From positions 1,184,001 through 1,248,000 of the forward strand of contig OY969811.1 in NCBI GenBank assembly GCA_963703315.1: 64,000 bases of DNA, written 5' to 3'. The notes under the pieces are model-generated. The model made no database searches. It had not been told where the DNA came from and saw only the letters and a list, made by a program, of their open reading frames with translations. Origin of the DNA: an uncultured cyanobacterium. Its GTDB lineage: Bacteria; Cyanobacteriota; Cyanobacteriia; Pseudanabaenales; Pseudanabaenaceae. The first letter of the stretch is position 1. Each line of letters starts with the position of its first letter. Positions 50,168 through 60,818 of this stretch are shown here, piece after piece. The translations under genes were made by a program, and so were the position numbers.

Positions 50168-52525
50168 TTAACGAAAGTTCCATATTTCATAGCGTCCATT
50201 GCGGAGAGTCAGAATTTGACCTTCAGGATTGCTTGGCAATACATCTATCCATACCCTGCTACCATTCATATCACTGAATATCAGTGAACCATCATTTGCA
50301 AAAGCGATCGCTAAAGGATAATGCCGATCGCCTAAATCAACCTGTTCTCGCTCTATTAGTAATAAATATTCTGACTTACCAACTCCATCAAGATTCACTT
50401 CTGAGAGTGTCCATTGATCTTGTACTAATAAACTAAAATCTTCAAGACTGAGCGAAACTTGACCATTGCGCTGCAACTCACTATACATCGAGCGAATGAT
50501 TCTTTCTATGGTTTTAGGAGAGAGCGATCGCCAATCGATGGGAGTTCCATTGGGAGGATTGAAAGTACCGCTACTTGTGACAAGTGGAGGGATGATACTT
50601 TTGCGAAGTAAGGGCGCAAGGCTAGCCTCACCTGATGCAAGAATCTTTAAACTACCATCGTCACTAACCCACAGAGATTGTGCTGTTAGGGTTACTGCCT
50701 GTGACTTGCCATAGTTATCATACAAAATTACGCCGAGGTTGCTATTCACCGAAAATCCTAAAACTCGCCATAAGAGAATTGAAGAGCGATCGCTAAGTTC
50801 TCGGAAAGGATCACTGCGCCACTGATTACCGTCTTTAATCAAATCAATACTGACTTCATACCATGCTTGATTTGCTTCCAGTTTTGGTGGTGGTAAAAAC
50901 CATTCAGCACTGGGATTACCTTTACCAATATAGGCAACTGTTCCTAATAATTGTTGAGGATTAAGGGAGAGTGGCGCAAGGTCAAGGCGTTGTAGCAATT
51001 GATCAGAATCCTTAGGATCGACTTTTTGCGATCGCAGCCAATGCTCAGCACGGCGCAAGCCATTGCGATGTAAAACTACTAAGCCGCCCCACAGCTTGAT
51101 TTCCTTCGCATCTGTAAAGGTCAGCATGGTCGTAACTCGCTGCCAAATATTGGGATGATATTTTGACAACATTTCGGCAATTCTGTCACCTTTATAGGCA
51201 GGATCGTTAGCGATCGCTAGAGCTTCTGTCCAGCGTCCGTCAATAATATTAATTAAGGCTTTTTCCCCAAGATTAGAATTGGGAGAATTTGCTCGATCAG
51301 CAGTGATTTTGGCGTGTAAAGCAATCAAGTCATATTGTTCTTGGAGAAATGGCGATAGAGTTTTGCCTTGAGATTTCAGATTCTCAACCATCAAATTAAA
51401 TTTGCCTAAAGCAGGAGACCACAATCCCACACTTGCCATGACCAGAGCATCTTGATAGGATTTTGGCTGATTTTTTGCTTCATTCAAATTCACCTGTCGC
51501 AACTGTGCCTTGTTACCAGAGTTAGTCATCACTTCTTCCAGTTGATAGACTAAATACATCGGCTCAAAGGACTGCGTTTGATTAATCACCAATTGTTTAG
51601 AACTAGAATTACTAGCGAGGGCGTTGCGCCAGATCGGAAGCTCGGCTGTCGTACTAGTCCAAGCATTGAGTTCTACTAGTTGCGATCGCTTGTCGGTGAC
51701 AAAATAATAAATTTGTCCATAGGCAATACCATCCACAGTTCCTGAAGTGGTGAACCAAATATAGTTGGGGTTGGGGGCATCGTCTAATAGGGCAAACTTT
51801 TTGAGTGGTAGGCGATTGCGGTCTGGACGGATCCGTTCGGGAATGCCTTCAGGAGCATATTTAAACTTTGGCGATCGCACAAAATATTCATCAATCCCTG
51901 CGATCGTGGTTGTCGTCATTAGTAGCAACTTTTCTTCGCCACGATCGCGAATTGTTTGATAAAGCCGAATTTCGCGAATATTTTGAGTTTCCTTTTCCAG
52001 AACCGTATAGATGATTTCCCCTGTTTTGAGATTATAGTTTTGACCAAGTTTTAGTTGACTTCGAGCCAGTTCTGATTGAATTTGAGGAATGCTTTTCGGG
52101 AGATTCCATAATGAATTTGAATAGAAAGTAGGAGATTCTGAGGAGGCGAGCCAGCTAATTGACAAGGGATTATGTAAATAGATTAGCCCTAGAGTAATCA
52201 AGCTACCAACTAAGGGAATAGACAGAACTATACCGAGATCTGCCCAAGTAAAGTGATCGTTAGGATTTAGATGTGGTTGTAATTTTGGCGAGACTGGATT
52301 GACCTGCGCTTTGGTAACTTGCTCAGAATTTTGATTGGCAAGCGACAATTTGCGATCCGACAATTTGCGATCTAAGTTCATAAGATCGCTTTTGACTAGA
52401 TCACCTTTAACAAGATCGCCTTTGATCAAATCATCGTTCAAAGGCTGATCAAAAGGTTTTGAAGATTCAGGCAAAGATTCCATGCGCGGTATCGCCAATC
52501 TCGTACAGTTGCCATAGGCTAGCAT
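50168..52525 (-). CDS. Large hypothetical protein with N-terminal TM anchor
   Basis: 785-aa ORF with one TM segment near residue 95-115; start uncertain. Confidence 0.75.
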   Translation of the reverse strand: MLAYGNCTRLAIPRMESLPESSKPFDQPLNDDLIKGDLVKGDLVKSDLMNLDRKLSDRKLSLANQNSEQVTKAQVNPVSPKLQPHLNPNDHFTWADLGIVLSIPLVGSLITLGLIYLHNPLSISWLASSESPTFYSNSLWNLPKSIPQIQSELARSQLKLGQNYNLKTGEIIYTVLEKETQNIREIRLYQTIRDRGEEKLLLMTTTTIAGIDEYFVRSPKFKYAPEGIPERIRPDRNRLPLKKFALLDDAPNPNYIWFTTSGTVDGIAYGQIYYFVTDKRSQLVELNAWTSTTAELPIWRNALASNSSSKQLVINQTQSFEPMYLVYQLEEVMTNSGNKAQLRQVNLNEAKNQPKSYQDALVMASVGLWSPALGKFNLMVENLKSQGKTLSPFLQEQYDLIALHAKITADRANSPNSNLGEKALINIIDGRWTEALAIANDPAYKGDRIAEMLSKYHPNIWQRVTTMLTFTDAKEIKLWGGLVVLHRNGLRRAEHWLRSQKVDPKDSDQLLQRLDLAPLSLNPQQLLGTVAYIGKGNPSAEWFLPPPKLEANQAWYEVSIDLIKDGNQWRSDPFRELSDRSSILLWRVLGFSVNSNLGVILYDNYGKSQAVTLTAQSLWVSDDGSLKILASGEASLAPLLRKSIIPPLVTSSGTFNPPNGTPIDWRSLSPKTIERIIRSMYSELQRNGQVSLSLEDFSLLVQDQWTLSEVNLDGVGKSEYLLLIEREQVDLGDRHYPLAIAFANDGSLIFSDMNGSRVWIDVLPSNPEGQILTLRNGRYEIWNFR

Positions 52526-52535
52526 ACTCAGCTTT

Positions 52536-53861
52536 TTACAGCAAAGCTACCGCCCTTTCTGCTAGTTTAGAACGCTCTCCTTTCATCAGGGTAATATGCC
52601 CTGCGATCGGATCATCCTTAAAGCGCTCGATCACATAGGTCAGACCATTGCTAGCTGCGTCAATATAGGGATTGTCAATCTGATTAACATCACCAGTGAG
52701 GATAATTTTGGTGTCTTCTCCTGCACGAGTAAGAATTGTTTTCACCTCATGGGGAGTCAAGTTTTGTGCCTCATCAACAATAAAAAACTGCTTGGGAATC
52801 GTGCGTCCACGAATATAGGTCAATGGCTCGATTTGCAATAGCCCCCGTTGAATCAATTCCTCATGTCCTCTGCGCCAATGAGCCGCTTTACCCGATGGAT
52901 CTTGTGTGCCGAAAATCAAATCAAAATTGTCATACAAAGGTTGCATCCAAGGGGTGAGCTTTTCCTTGACATCCCCCGGCAAAAAGCCAATATCCTTACC
53001 CATCGGAATCACGGGACGGGAAATTAATAAACGGTTGTAAATATGCGTATCGGCAATTTGAGTCAATCCTGCGGCGATCGCTAAGAGCGTCTTGCCCGTA
53101 CCTGCTTGCCCCACTAAGGTGACAAGGGAAATTGATTCCCTTAGCAACAAATCCAAAGCAAATCTCTGTTCGCGATTTCTGGCTTTAATTCTGGATACTT
53201 CTCCTGAAGTTGCCTTCGATAAAGCCAAAATTTGTTTAGCAACGCTGTCAAAAATCCCCAAAGCCGTATGGGAGGGATTGGTGCTGTCCACTAGAGTTAC
53301 CGCTTGATTCGGGAAAAATTCCTGCTTAACAGCGATTGCCCCTTCTTTGTAAAACTGATTGATCACTTCAGGATCTACCAAAATTTCACGATGCCCTGAG
53401 TACAAATCATCAATATCTACCTTATCGGTTTCATAGTCGGCGGACTCTAAGCCCAGAGCATTTGCCTTAATCCGAATATTTGTATCTTTACTGACTAGCA
53501 CGACCCGACATTGACATTGACGCTGCAATTCGAGAGCAACCGCCAAAATCGCATTATCCCCCGTATCTCGCTCTAGTTCCGCAGGTAATTCCCGCAAAGT
53601 CTCCCGCTTACAAAGCGCCACTCGCAAACTACCGCCCTTTGCAAGGGGAATGCCATCAATCAGATGTCCCTGTTGTCCGATCGCATCTAAATTGCGGGAT
53701 ACTTGCCTTGCATTGCGCCCCGTCATTTCTGGCTGCTTTTTAAAGCGATCGAGTTCTTCAATTACGGTGATCGGCAAAACCACATCATTGTCCTCAAATT
53801 GCATCAAGGCATTGGGGTCATGCAACAGCACATTCGTATCAAGCACAAATATTTTTTTCAT
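52536..53861 (-). CDS. PIN-PhoH family protein
   Basis: VLDTNVLLHD (PIN), GQAGTGKT, YIRGRT, DEAQN. Confidence 0.93.
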   Translation of the reverse strand: MKKIFVLDTNVLLHDPNALMQFEDNDVVLPITVIEELDRFKKQPEMTGRNARQVSRNLDAIGQQGHLIDGIPLAKGGSLRVALCKRETLRELPAELERDTGDNAILAVALELQRQCQCRVVLVSKDTNIRIKANALGLESADYETDKVDIDDLYSGHREILVDPEVINQFYKEGAIAVKQEFFPNQAVTLVDSTNPSHTALGIFDSVAKQILALSKATSGEVSRIKARNREQRFALDLLLRESISLVTLVGQAGTGKTLLAIAAGLTQIADTHIYNRLLISRPVIPMGKDIGFLPGDVKEKLTPWMQPLYDNFDLIFGTQDPSGKAAHWRRGHEELIQRGLLQIEPLTYIRGRTIPKQFFIVDEAQNLTPHEVKTILTRAGEDTKIILTGDVNQIDNPYIDAASNGLTYVIERFKDDPIAGHITLMKGERSKLAERAVALL

Positions 53862-53899
53862 AAAAATAGTACTCTCTGGCTCGCGCAGATTAATTAAAT

Positions 53900-53983
53900 G
53901 TAGGATGCGTTAGTGCAACGTAACGCATTTATTGGCAGTATTGGCTATTACTGATGGGTTACGCGATCGCTAACCCATCCTAC
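53900..53983. repeat. Inverted pair of GTAG-type REP elements (REPIN-like)
   Basis: GTAG-GATGCGTTA..TAACGCAT on plus and GTAG-GATGGGTTA..TAACCCATC on minus; related single unit at 43756-43788. Confidence 0.75.
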
Positions 53984-54309
53984 GTTTAATTCCAACAACT
54001 CACTTATGGAGTGGCTCTATTGTCGATCTTGCGATCGCTATGTCAGTAAATCAGCAACAAAGTGTAACAAGTGATACAAGGCTTTATATATCACTTTTTC
54101 CTAAAAAATGAGTATAAAATCGATATTTTGCCTGAAAGGAGGATATCCAAGATTAGCTAAACATTGAATAATCTAGGTTTCTTAGACTTACTAATTTCTG
54201 ATAAAAAGGCTAAGATTATGATCACCAGCAAATAGTGAGTATTACATCGCTATATTCGCTTAAAACAACTGTTAAGTTTATCTATCAACCATTCATGAAT
54301 TAAAGCCAT

Positions 54310-55956
54310 ATGTCTACATCAACACCCCAAGAGTCAAATGTTGCTCAGGATCGCATTATCTTTTTTGATACCACACTGCGCGATGGTGAACAGTCACCCG
54401 GCGCAACCCTTAACGTGGAGCAAAAACTGCTAATCGCCCAGCAACTGGCTCGACTTGGTGTAGATATCATCGAGGCGGGTTTCCCTTTTGCGAGCAAAGG
54501 CGATTTTTATGCAGTTCAAGAAATTGCGAAACTCGTTGGCACAGAAACTGGTCCCACGATCTGCGGCTTAGCCCGTGCCACTAAAGGCGATATTGATGCA
54601 GCAGCCGAAGCCGTGAAACCTGCGGCAAAGGGTCGGATTCATACCTTTTTGGCAACTTCCGATATTCATTTGGAATACAAACTTCGCAAAACTCGTGCTG
54701 AGGTTTTGGCGATCGTGCCAGAAATGGTTGCCTATGCTAAATCCAAAGTTGCTGATGTTGAGTTTTCACCAGAAGATGCAGGACGCTCCGATCCTGAGTT
54801 TCTCTATCAAGTATTAGAAGCAGCGATCGCCGCAGGTGCTAGTACTGTAAATATTCCCGACACCGTTGGCTACTTGACTCCATCGGAATTCGGAACCTTG
54901 ATTAAAGGCATCAAAGACAATGTTCGCAATATTGACCAAGCGATTATTTCCGTACATGGTCATAACGATCTTGGTTTAGCCGTTGCTAACTTCCTTGAAG
55001 CGGCAAAGAATGGCGCAAGGCAAATGGAATGCACGATCAATGGTATCGGTGAACGGGCTGGGAATGCCGCCCTCGAAGAATTGGTGATGGCATTGCACGT
55101 CCGTCGTTCCTATTTCAACACCTTCCTCGGTCGTCCTGCGGAATCGACTACACCGCTTTGCAATATCGACACCAAGCAGATTTACAAGACTTCGCGCCTT
55201 GTGTCCAATCTCACAGGAATGTTGGTACAGCCCAATAAGGCGATCGTTGGTGCGAATGCCTTTGCCCATGAGTCAGGTATCCATCAGGACGGTGTATTAA
55301 AAAATCGCCTCACCTACGAAATCATGGATGCTCAATCCATCGGCTTGACAGATAACTTGATCGTGCTTGGCAAGCTCTCAGGACGTAATGCCTTGAGTTC
55401 GCGATTAAAAGAACTTGGATTTGAACTCTCGGAACAGGAACTTAATGCTGCCTTTGTGCGTTTTAAGGAACTTGCCGATAAGAAGCGCGAAATTAGCGAT
55501 CGCGACTTAGAAGCGATCGTCAATGACGAAATCCGTCATGCGCCCGAAGCCTTTAAGCTCGATCATGTCCAAGTAAGCTGTGGCGATCGCGCCATTCCCA
55601 CCGCAACGGTTACAGTTGTGATGCCCGATGGTCAGGAAATCACCGATGCCTCTGTGGGTACTGGTCCCGTAGATGCCGTTTACAAAGCGATCAATCGAAT
55701 TGTGAATGTTCCCAATCAGTTGATTGAGTACTCGGTGCAATCCGTCACCGCAGGTATTGATGCTCTCGGTGAAGTCACGATTCGCCTCAAGCACCCTGAT
55801 GCAGGTACGCTCTCTGGGCATTCGGCAAATACCGATGTAATTGTTGCCTCGGCAAGAGCCTATCTCAGTGCCTTGAATAAGCTCTACTTCGCACTTCAGA
55901 CACCTAGTACAAAGATCAGCGATCGCGACAAGCTCCAGAAAGAAGCCGCATTGTAA
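54310..55956 (+). CDS. leuA: 2-isopropylmalate synthase
   Basis: [39 protein letters not shown] regulatory domain. Confidence 0.97.
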   Translation: MSTSTPQESNVAQDRIIFFDTTLRDGEQSPGATLNVEQKLLIAQQLARLGVDIIEAGFPFASKGDFYAVQEIAKLVGTETGPTICGLARATKGDIDAAAEAVKPAAKGRIHTFLATSDIHLEYKLRKTRAEVLAIVPEMVAYAKSKVADVEFSPEDAGRSDPEFLYQVLEAAIAAGASTVNIPDTVGYLTPSEFGTLIKGIKDNVRNIDQAIISVHGHNDLGLAVANFLEAAKNGARQMECTINGIGERAGNAALEELVMALHVRRSYFNTFLGRPAESTTPLCNIDTKQIYKTSRLVSNLTGMLVQPNKAIVGANAFAHESGIHQDGVLKNRLTYEIMDAQSIGLTDNLIVLGKLSGRNALSSRLKELGFELSEQELNAAFVRFKELADKKREISDRDLEAIVNDEIRHAPEAFKLDHVQVSCGDRAIPTATVTVVMPDGQEITDASVGTGPVDAVYKAINRIVNVPNQLIEYSVQSVTAGIDALGEVTIRLKHPDAGTLSGHSANTDVIVASARAYLSALNKLYFALQTPSTKISDRDKLQKEAAL

Positions 55957-56022
55957 ATTCTTTCCATAAAAAAGCCGCGCAATGCGCGGCTTTTTTATTT
56001 CCGTATTTGTAGCAAATAAATT

Positions 56023-56532
56023 ATGAATCTAAACAAATCACCATTTTGGCTAGAAGAAGAACTAGTAAAACACTCACAGTTATTACTTTACAGCTTTCAG
56101 CATTGGACAAAACATCCGCTACTCCCAATCACCGATCGCCAATCACCAATAGAAGTTGCTAACTCACTATTCCATGCCGATTTTGTGATTGTTTCTCATG
56201 GCACTCAAGCTGATCCAATTCTCAATTATGGTAATCAAAAAGCGTTAGATCTATGGAAAATGGATTGGCAAACTTTTACATCAACACCATCGCGATTTAC
56301 GGCGGAACCTGTCGAACGTAGCGAAAGAGAACAACTATTAGCACAGGCAAAATCTCAAGGCTATATCAATAATTATCGCGGGATTCGGATTGCAAGTACA
56401 GGCGATCGCTTTTATATCAATCACGCAATTATTTGGAATGTAGTGGATAAGGAAGGCAAACTCTGGGGGCAAGCTGCAACATTTCGTGAGTGGGAACCAA
56501 TATCAGAATTGATAACCAAAGCACCGCTTTAA
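56023..56532 (+). CDS. MEKHLA-domain protein
   Basis: SHGTQADPILNYGN..AL.LW, PSRFTAE, YRGIRI..TG.RF. Confidence 0.9.
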   Translation: MNLNKSPFWLEEELVKHSQLLLYSFQHWTKHPLLPITDRQSPIEVANSLFHADFVIVSHGTQADPILNYGNQKALDLWKMDWQTFTSTPSRFTAEPVERSEREQLLAQAKSQGYINNYRGIRIASTGDRFYINHAIIWNVVDKEGKLWGQAATFREWEPISELITKAPL

Positions 56533-56619
56533 GGTTTGAGATTGTATTAAAATTATTAAAGATTAGATAAGATTTACTACAAAATCTTTGCGCCCTAACT
56601 TTTAAATAGAGAAATTACC

Positions 56620-57108
56620 ATGCTAATGACGATCGCAATGCCAGAACCATTAAAAACTGTAGTGACTTTTATTCACCCACTGCTAATGCTCCTCACTCTA
56701 TTTTTAGCAATATATGCAGGTTATATCGGCTGGCAATATCGCAGGATTCGTAGCACTGAGGGAGAAGAGAAAAAAGCTCTGATCGCCAAACGTTATAACC
56801 TTTTACATCATAATCTGGGGTCAATATTTTTGTTGTTGATGGTAGGCGGTGCTGTCGGTGGTATGGCTGTGACCTATATCAACAATGGCAAACTGTTTGT
56901 GGGCGCACATTTAATTGCAGGTTTGGGTTTAGCCTTTTTAGCAGCTTTATCGGCGGCGTTAGCACCCTTACTCCAGCAGGGCAAAGACTGGGCAAGAAGT
57001 ACTCATATTGCCGTTAATACTGTGTTGGTTGGTATTTTTGCATGGCAAACTTGGACAGGTTGGGAGATTGTCCAACGAATTCTTGACCAAATGTCAAAAG
57101 CTTCTTAA
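56620..57108 (+). CDS. DUF4079-family membrane protein
   Basis: FIHP, HHNLGS, NNGKLFVGAHL.AGL, ARSTHI. Confidence 0.85.
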   Translation: MLMTIAMPEPLKTVVTFIHPLLMLLTLFLAIYAGYIGWQYRRIRSTEGEEKKALIAKRYNLLHHNLGSIFLLLMVGGAVGGMAVTYINNGKLFVGAHLIAGLGLAFLAALSAALAPLLQQGKDWARSTHIAVNTVLVGIFAWQTWTGWEIVQRILDQMSKAS

Positions 57109-57132
57109 ATGTCGCCATTTATCTTAAAGCCC

Positions 57133-57249
57133 AAAAGAGAGTGGCGGCGCTTTGCGCCGCCACTCTCTTTTTATCAAACCAAAAAGAGAGCTTTGCTCCC
57201 TTTTTGGTTTGATAAAAAGAAGTCCCGCGCTTTGCGCGGGACTTCTTTT
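57133..57249. repeat. Three consecutive hairpins with different stems and the same GCTTTGC apex
   Basis: gagagtggcggc-GCTTTGC-gccgccactctc; accaaaaagaga-GCTTTGC-tccctttttggt; gaagtcccgc-GCTTTGC-gcgggacttc. Confidence 0.85.
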
Positions 57250-57741
57250 TTAACGATAGTTAGTGAATTGGAGTGCGAGGGGAAAGTCTTCTGATTTGAC
57301 AAGTTGAATGATTTCTTGGAGTTCATCTTTTGATTTAGAAGTAACTCGTAATGCATCGCCTTGAATAGAAGCTTGAGCTTTTGGGAAAGCATCACGGATA
57401 GTTTTAGAAAGTTTTTTAGCTTGATCTTGCTCAATCCCTTTCTTCAACTTAATTTTCTGCACTACACGATTGCCGCTAGCGGATTCAATTTCGCCATAGT
57501 CAAAGATTTTTAGAGATAAACCACGTTTAATTGCTTTAGATTGCATCACATCAACCACCGATGTGAGTGTCATGTCACTATTAGTGTTGATGGTTATGAG
57601 TTCTTTTTCAAGTTCAACTTCTGTTTTAGTGCTTTTTAAGTCATAGCGACTGACAATTTCACGGCGAGTTTGATCGATCGCATTGACCAGTTCTTGATGA
57701 TCAAAATCGCTAACAATATCGAAGGAATAGCTGGAAGCCAT
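57250..57741 (-). CDS. yajQ: YajQ-family nucleotide-binding protein
   Basis: [40 protein letters not shown]. Confidence 0.93.
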   Translation of the reverse strand: MASSYSFDIVSDFDHQELVNAIDQTRREIVSRYDLKSTKTEVELEKELITINTNSDMTLTSVVDVMQSKAIKRGLSLKIFDYGEIESASGNRVVQKIKLKKGIEQDQAKKLSKTIRDAFPKAQASIQGDALRVTSKSKDELQEIIQLVKSEDFPLALQFTNYR

Positions 57742-57872
57742 AGGTTTATTTTAGATTTTTATGTGATTTGCTTAGATAAGGCTTAGGTGCTTAGCGCCCT
57801 AGCCTTTCTGATGAGGTTAGGCAAGAATAGAGATCTAGAATACCAAAAAATCAATAGGCGAAAATCTATACT

Positions 57873-59000
57873 TTATTCCCATAGACGTTTACCTTCTTCT
57901 CCCTGTAGGCGATCATGAGCGTCACGTAAAAGCTGGGGAATATCTAGGTTCTCTGGACATCTTGGCAAACAATCCCCACAGTCTGTACAACGAATCGCTT
58001 TACGTCCGGGAAACCAATGCCCTGCATTTTCAAACATTTTGTAGCGATATTTGCCAAATTCCACCATATCAAAGCCGATCGCTAAATTCCGCAATCGTAA
58101 TACTTCAGGAATATTAATATCTTCAGGACAAGGCAAACATTCATAGCACTGAGAACAGCGATCGCCTTCTAAAATGCTATAGCGGCGATTCATACAGTCG
58201 AGAACCGCTAATTCTAGTTCTGACATCGGCTCGTCATGATCCCATGCGTCTTGATGGGAATCGACCTCATCGGGATTGGCTGCACCGAGGCTGAGGGTAT
58301 GCACACGGGGATCACTGAGCAAGAAGCGATCGCATATATACAAAGCCGTGAAGGGATAGCTCACACCTGCTAATTCTTCGGAGGGGTTGTATAGCATTCC
58401 GCCTTTATCCGATGGCGAGATGATAAATACACCCATGTCTTTTTCGTGGGCAAGCTGCACGGCTGGGGCGTTGCGCTGATTGAAGTAGTAGTAATGCAGG
58501 TTAACTGACTCAAATAAATCCGTCTTGATCGTGTCGAGAATAACGTTAAGGGGCGCGTGGGTGGAGAAGCCAACATGACCAATCATTTTTTGATCGATCG
58601 CTTCTCTCACTGCTTTCATACAGCCATTGGGATTTGTGACTAGTTCAAGATGTTCATAAAGATTAATCCCATGAATATCGAAGTTATCGATATAGTCCAC
58701 GTTCATCTTTTTGAGGGACTGCTCAATCTGGCGGCGCATCGAGTCTGCGTCTTTAGTAGGGGCGATTTTAGTAGTCAAGTAAAAGCGATCGCGTTGTTTA
58801 CTTAACCCATTTCGCATGGCTTGACCGATGAATTCTTCGCTCTTGCCGTAGCCTTGAGCCGTCTCAATGTGGTTAATGCCAACTTCTAAGGCTCTGGCGA
58901 TCGTTTTTTCAGCATTCTCCGCCGATGCCATATAGCGCATCGCTCCCAAGGAAAACACTGACAGGAGCATTTCAGTTTTGCCAAAACGACGGTAGCGCAT
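57873..59000 (-). CDS. Aldo/keto reductase with C-terminal 4Fe-4S dicluster
   Basis: MRYRRFGKT, HIETAQGYG, HVGFSTH, CxxCxxCxPCP twice. Confidence 0.9.
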   Translation of the reverse strand: MRYRRFGKTEMLLSVFSLGAMRYMASAENAEKTIARALEVGINHIETAQGYGKSEEFIGQAMRNGLSKQRDRFYLTTKIAPTKDADSMRRQIEQSLKKMNVDYIDNFDIHGINLYEHLELVTNPNGCMKAVREAIDQKMIGHVGFSTHAPLNVILDTIKTDLFESVNLHYYYFNQRNAPAVQLAHEKDMGVFIISPSDKGGMLYNPSEELAGVSYPFTALYICDRFLLSDPRVHTLSLGAANPDEVDSHQDAWDHDEPMSELELAVLDCMNRRYSILEGDRCSQCYECLPCPEDINIPEVLRLRNLAIGFDMVEFGKYRYKMFENAGHWFPGRKAIRCTDCGDCLPRCPENLDIPQLLRDAHDRLQGEEGKRLWE

Positions 59001-59069
59001 AGTTGATCCAGTAGAAATTCTCGTTAATTAATACAAGAAGAAATAATCGCTTCGCGATTATTTCTTCTA

Positions 59070-59867
59070 TTAGAACTGGCGACGGGCAAAGATAAAAATG
59101 GCGATCGCCAAAGTCAACAAGGCATAGCTCAAAATGTAAATGCCATTGTTAAACATATCGGGCAAGCTTGGCAAAATATTATAAACTGCCTCATTTTTAA
59201 GATTAGCTCGCGACAAATCAGGCAGAATCATGTAAAAAGTGCGGGTTACTGCTTGAAAGCTAGGATTTTTAGAAATCTCTCCTAATAGCAGTAAATCACG
59301 GCTAAAGTTACCGATTAAATAGGCGGCAAGGGTCAGCAAAGAGGCAATCAGTGAACCTGTAAAAGAGCCAAAGAAAATCGCGATCGCCCCTAGCAGCATG
59401 ATTTGCCAAAAGATAAAAAAGTTAGCGGTGAGAATTGCAGGAAGTGGAATCGGAATTTTCTTAACTGCCATCAAAATCACGAAAATTGCGGTCATAATCG
59501 ACACTAGTGCGCCGACCACTGCCGTTAGCCCCAAATGCTTTCCTAGTACAAACTCAGTCCGATGCATGGGCTTAGCAATGAGAATAAAAATGGTGCGTTT
59601 ATCAATTTCCTTATTGATCAGATTTGTGCCAACTAACACCGCCACGATCAGACTGACAATCTCGATCGCTGCAATACCTACATCCACGATCATCTTTGCC
59701 GAGGAGTCATAGGAAAACTCTGGCAACATCAGCATTGCCGACACGACGATCAGGGTATATAGCAAAGATAAATACAGCACCTGTTCGCGGACAGTTTCGC
59801 GAAATACATTGGTGGCGATCGCCCAAACGCGACCTAAACTTAGACTCAGATTTAAGCTCAAGTTCAT
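59070..59867 (-). CDS. ABC-2-type transporter permease
   Basis: AIATNVFRE.VRE, KEIDKRT..LIAKP..R.EFVLGK; about 6 TM segments. Confidence 0.85.
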   Translation of the reverse strand: MNLSLNLSLSLGRVWAIATNVFRETVREQVLYLSLLYTLIVVSAMLMLPEFSYDSSAKMIVDVGIAAIEIVSLIVAVLVGTNLINKEIDKRTIFILIAKPMHRTEFVLGKHLGLTAVVGALVSIMTAIFVILMAVKKIPIPLPAILTANFFIFWQIMLLGAIAIFFGSFTGSLIASLLTLAAYLIGNFSRDLLLLGEISKNPSFQAVTRTFYMILPDLSRANLKNEAVYNILPSLPDMFNNGIYILSYALLTLAIAIFIFARRQF

Positions 59868-59950
59868 CGGTCTACAAAATCCTCATACATCCTAATATGA
59901 TTGCATTTTACCGCACAATTAGAGGGGTACGAAGATTGCCCTAAGACACT

Positions 59951-60760
59951 ATGCACAACTGGCAAACAATTCTTCCCTTTATCCAAGAGCTAACTAAACA
60001 AGTGGGAGATCGCCTACTTGCTGATTTTGAACAGGCACGAGTGGCGATCGCGAAGGATGACGGTAGCCTTGTGACCAAAAGCGACCAATGGGCAGATGCC
60101 TATATCAAATCCGCCTTAGAAACAGAATTTCCTGAATATGGAGTTTTAACTGAGGAGTCCACTCAAATTTTGCCCGATCGCGAATGGGCTTGGGTCGTCG
60201 ATCCTTTAGATGGTACGACTAATTTTGCTAGGGGGATTCCGATTTGGGGCATTTCTTTGGGACTCTTGCATCATGGCACGCCTGTATTTGGCTATGTAGC
60301 AATTCCACCTCTACGCCAAAATATTTACGGTTGGTCAGACAATCAAGGTTCCGCAGCATTTTTGAATGGAAATCCTCTCCATTTAGCGGAAACAGCACCC
60401 GATGCTCATGCCCTCGGCAATTACTTTTTTAGTGCTTGTTCTCGCAGTCTCGAAAAAATGGGTCGATCAAAGTTTCCTTTTAAACTGCGAATGTTAGGTG
60501 TTGCTAGTTATAACATTTTGACAGTGGCGATCGGCTCGACCATTGGCGCAGTGGAGGCAACTCCCAAAATCTGGGACATTGCGGCTGTGTGGGTAATTCT
60601 CAGAGCGATCGGTGCGGTCTGGGTTCCCCTAGAGGATTCTCAAAATATCTTTCCCTTAGAAATGGGTAAGGATTATAGTAGTCGCAGTTTCCCAACTTTG
60701 GTAGTGAGTCATCCTCAACTCTTACCGATGGCACAGGAATTGACAAATAATTTTTTATAG
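59951..60760 (+). CDS. Inositol monophosphatase-family protein
   Basis: LTEE, WVVDPLDGTTNF, WDIAA. Confidence 0.92.
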   Translation: MHNWQTILPFIQELTKQVGDRLLADFEQARVAIAKDDGSLVTKSDQWADAYIKSALETEFPEYGVLTEESTQILPDREWAWVVDPLDGTTNFARGIPIWGISLGLLHHGTPVFGYVAIPPLRQNIYGWSDNQGSAAFLNGNPLHLAETAPDAHALGNYFFSACSRSLEKMGRSKFPFKLRMLGVASYNILTVAIGSTIGAVEATPKIWDIAAVWVILRAIGAVWVPLEDSQNIFPLEMGKDYSSRSFPTLVVSHPQLLPMAQELTNNFL

Positions 60761-60818
60761 CGATACCCAAGAAGCGAGTTGTGGCGCGAAGCGCTGCAAC
60801 TTGTTATTAATATAGTTT

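Noticed and set aside
52340..52430. Short peptide repeats (DLVKG, DRKLS) in the large hypothetical protein
   Set aside because: Ordinary low-complexity N-terminal region.
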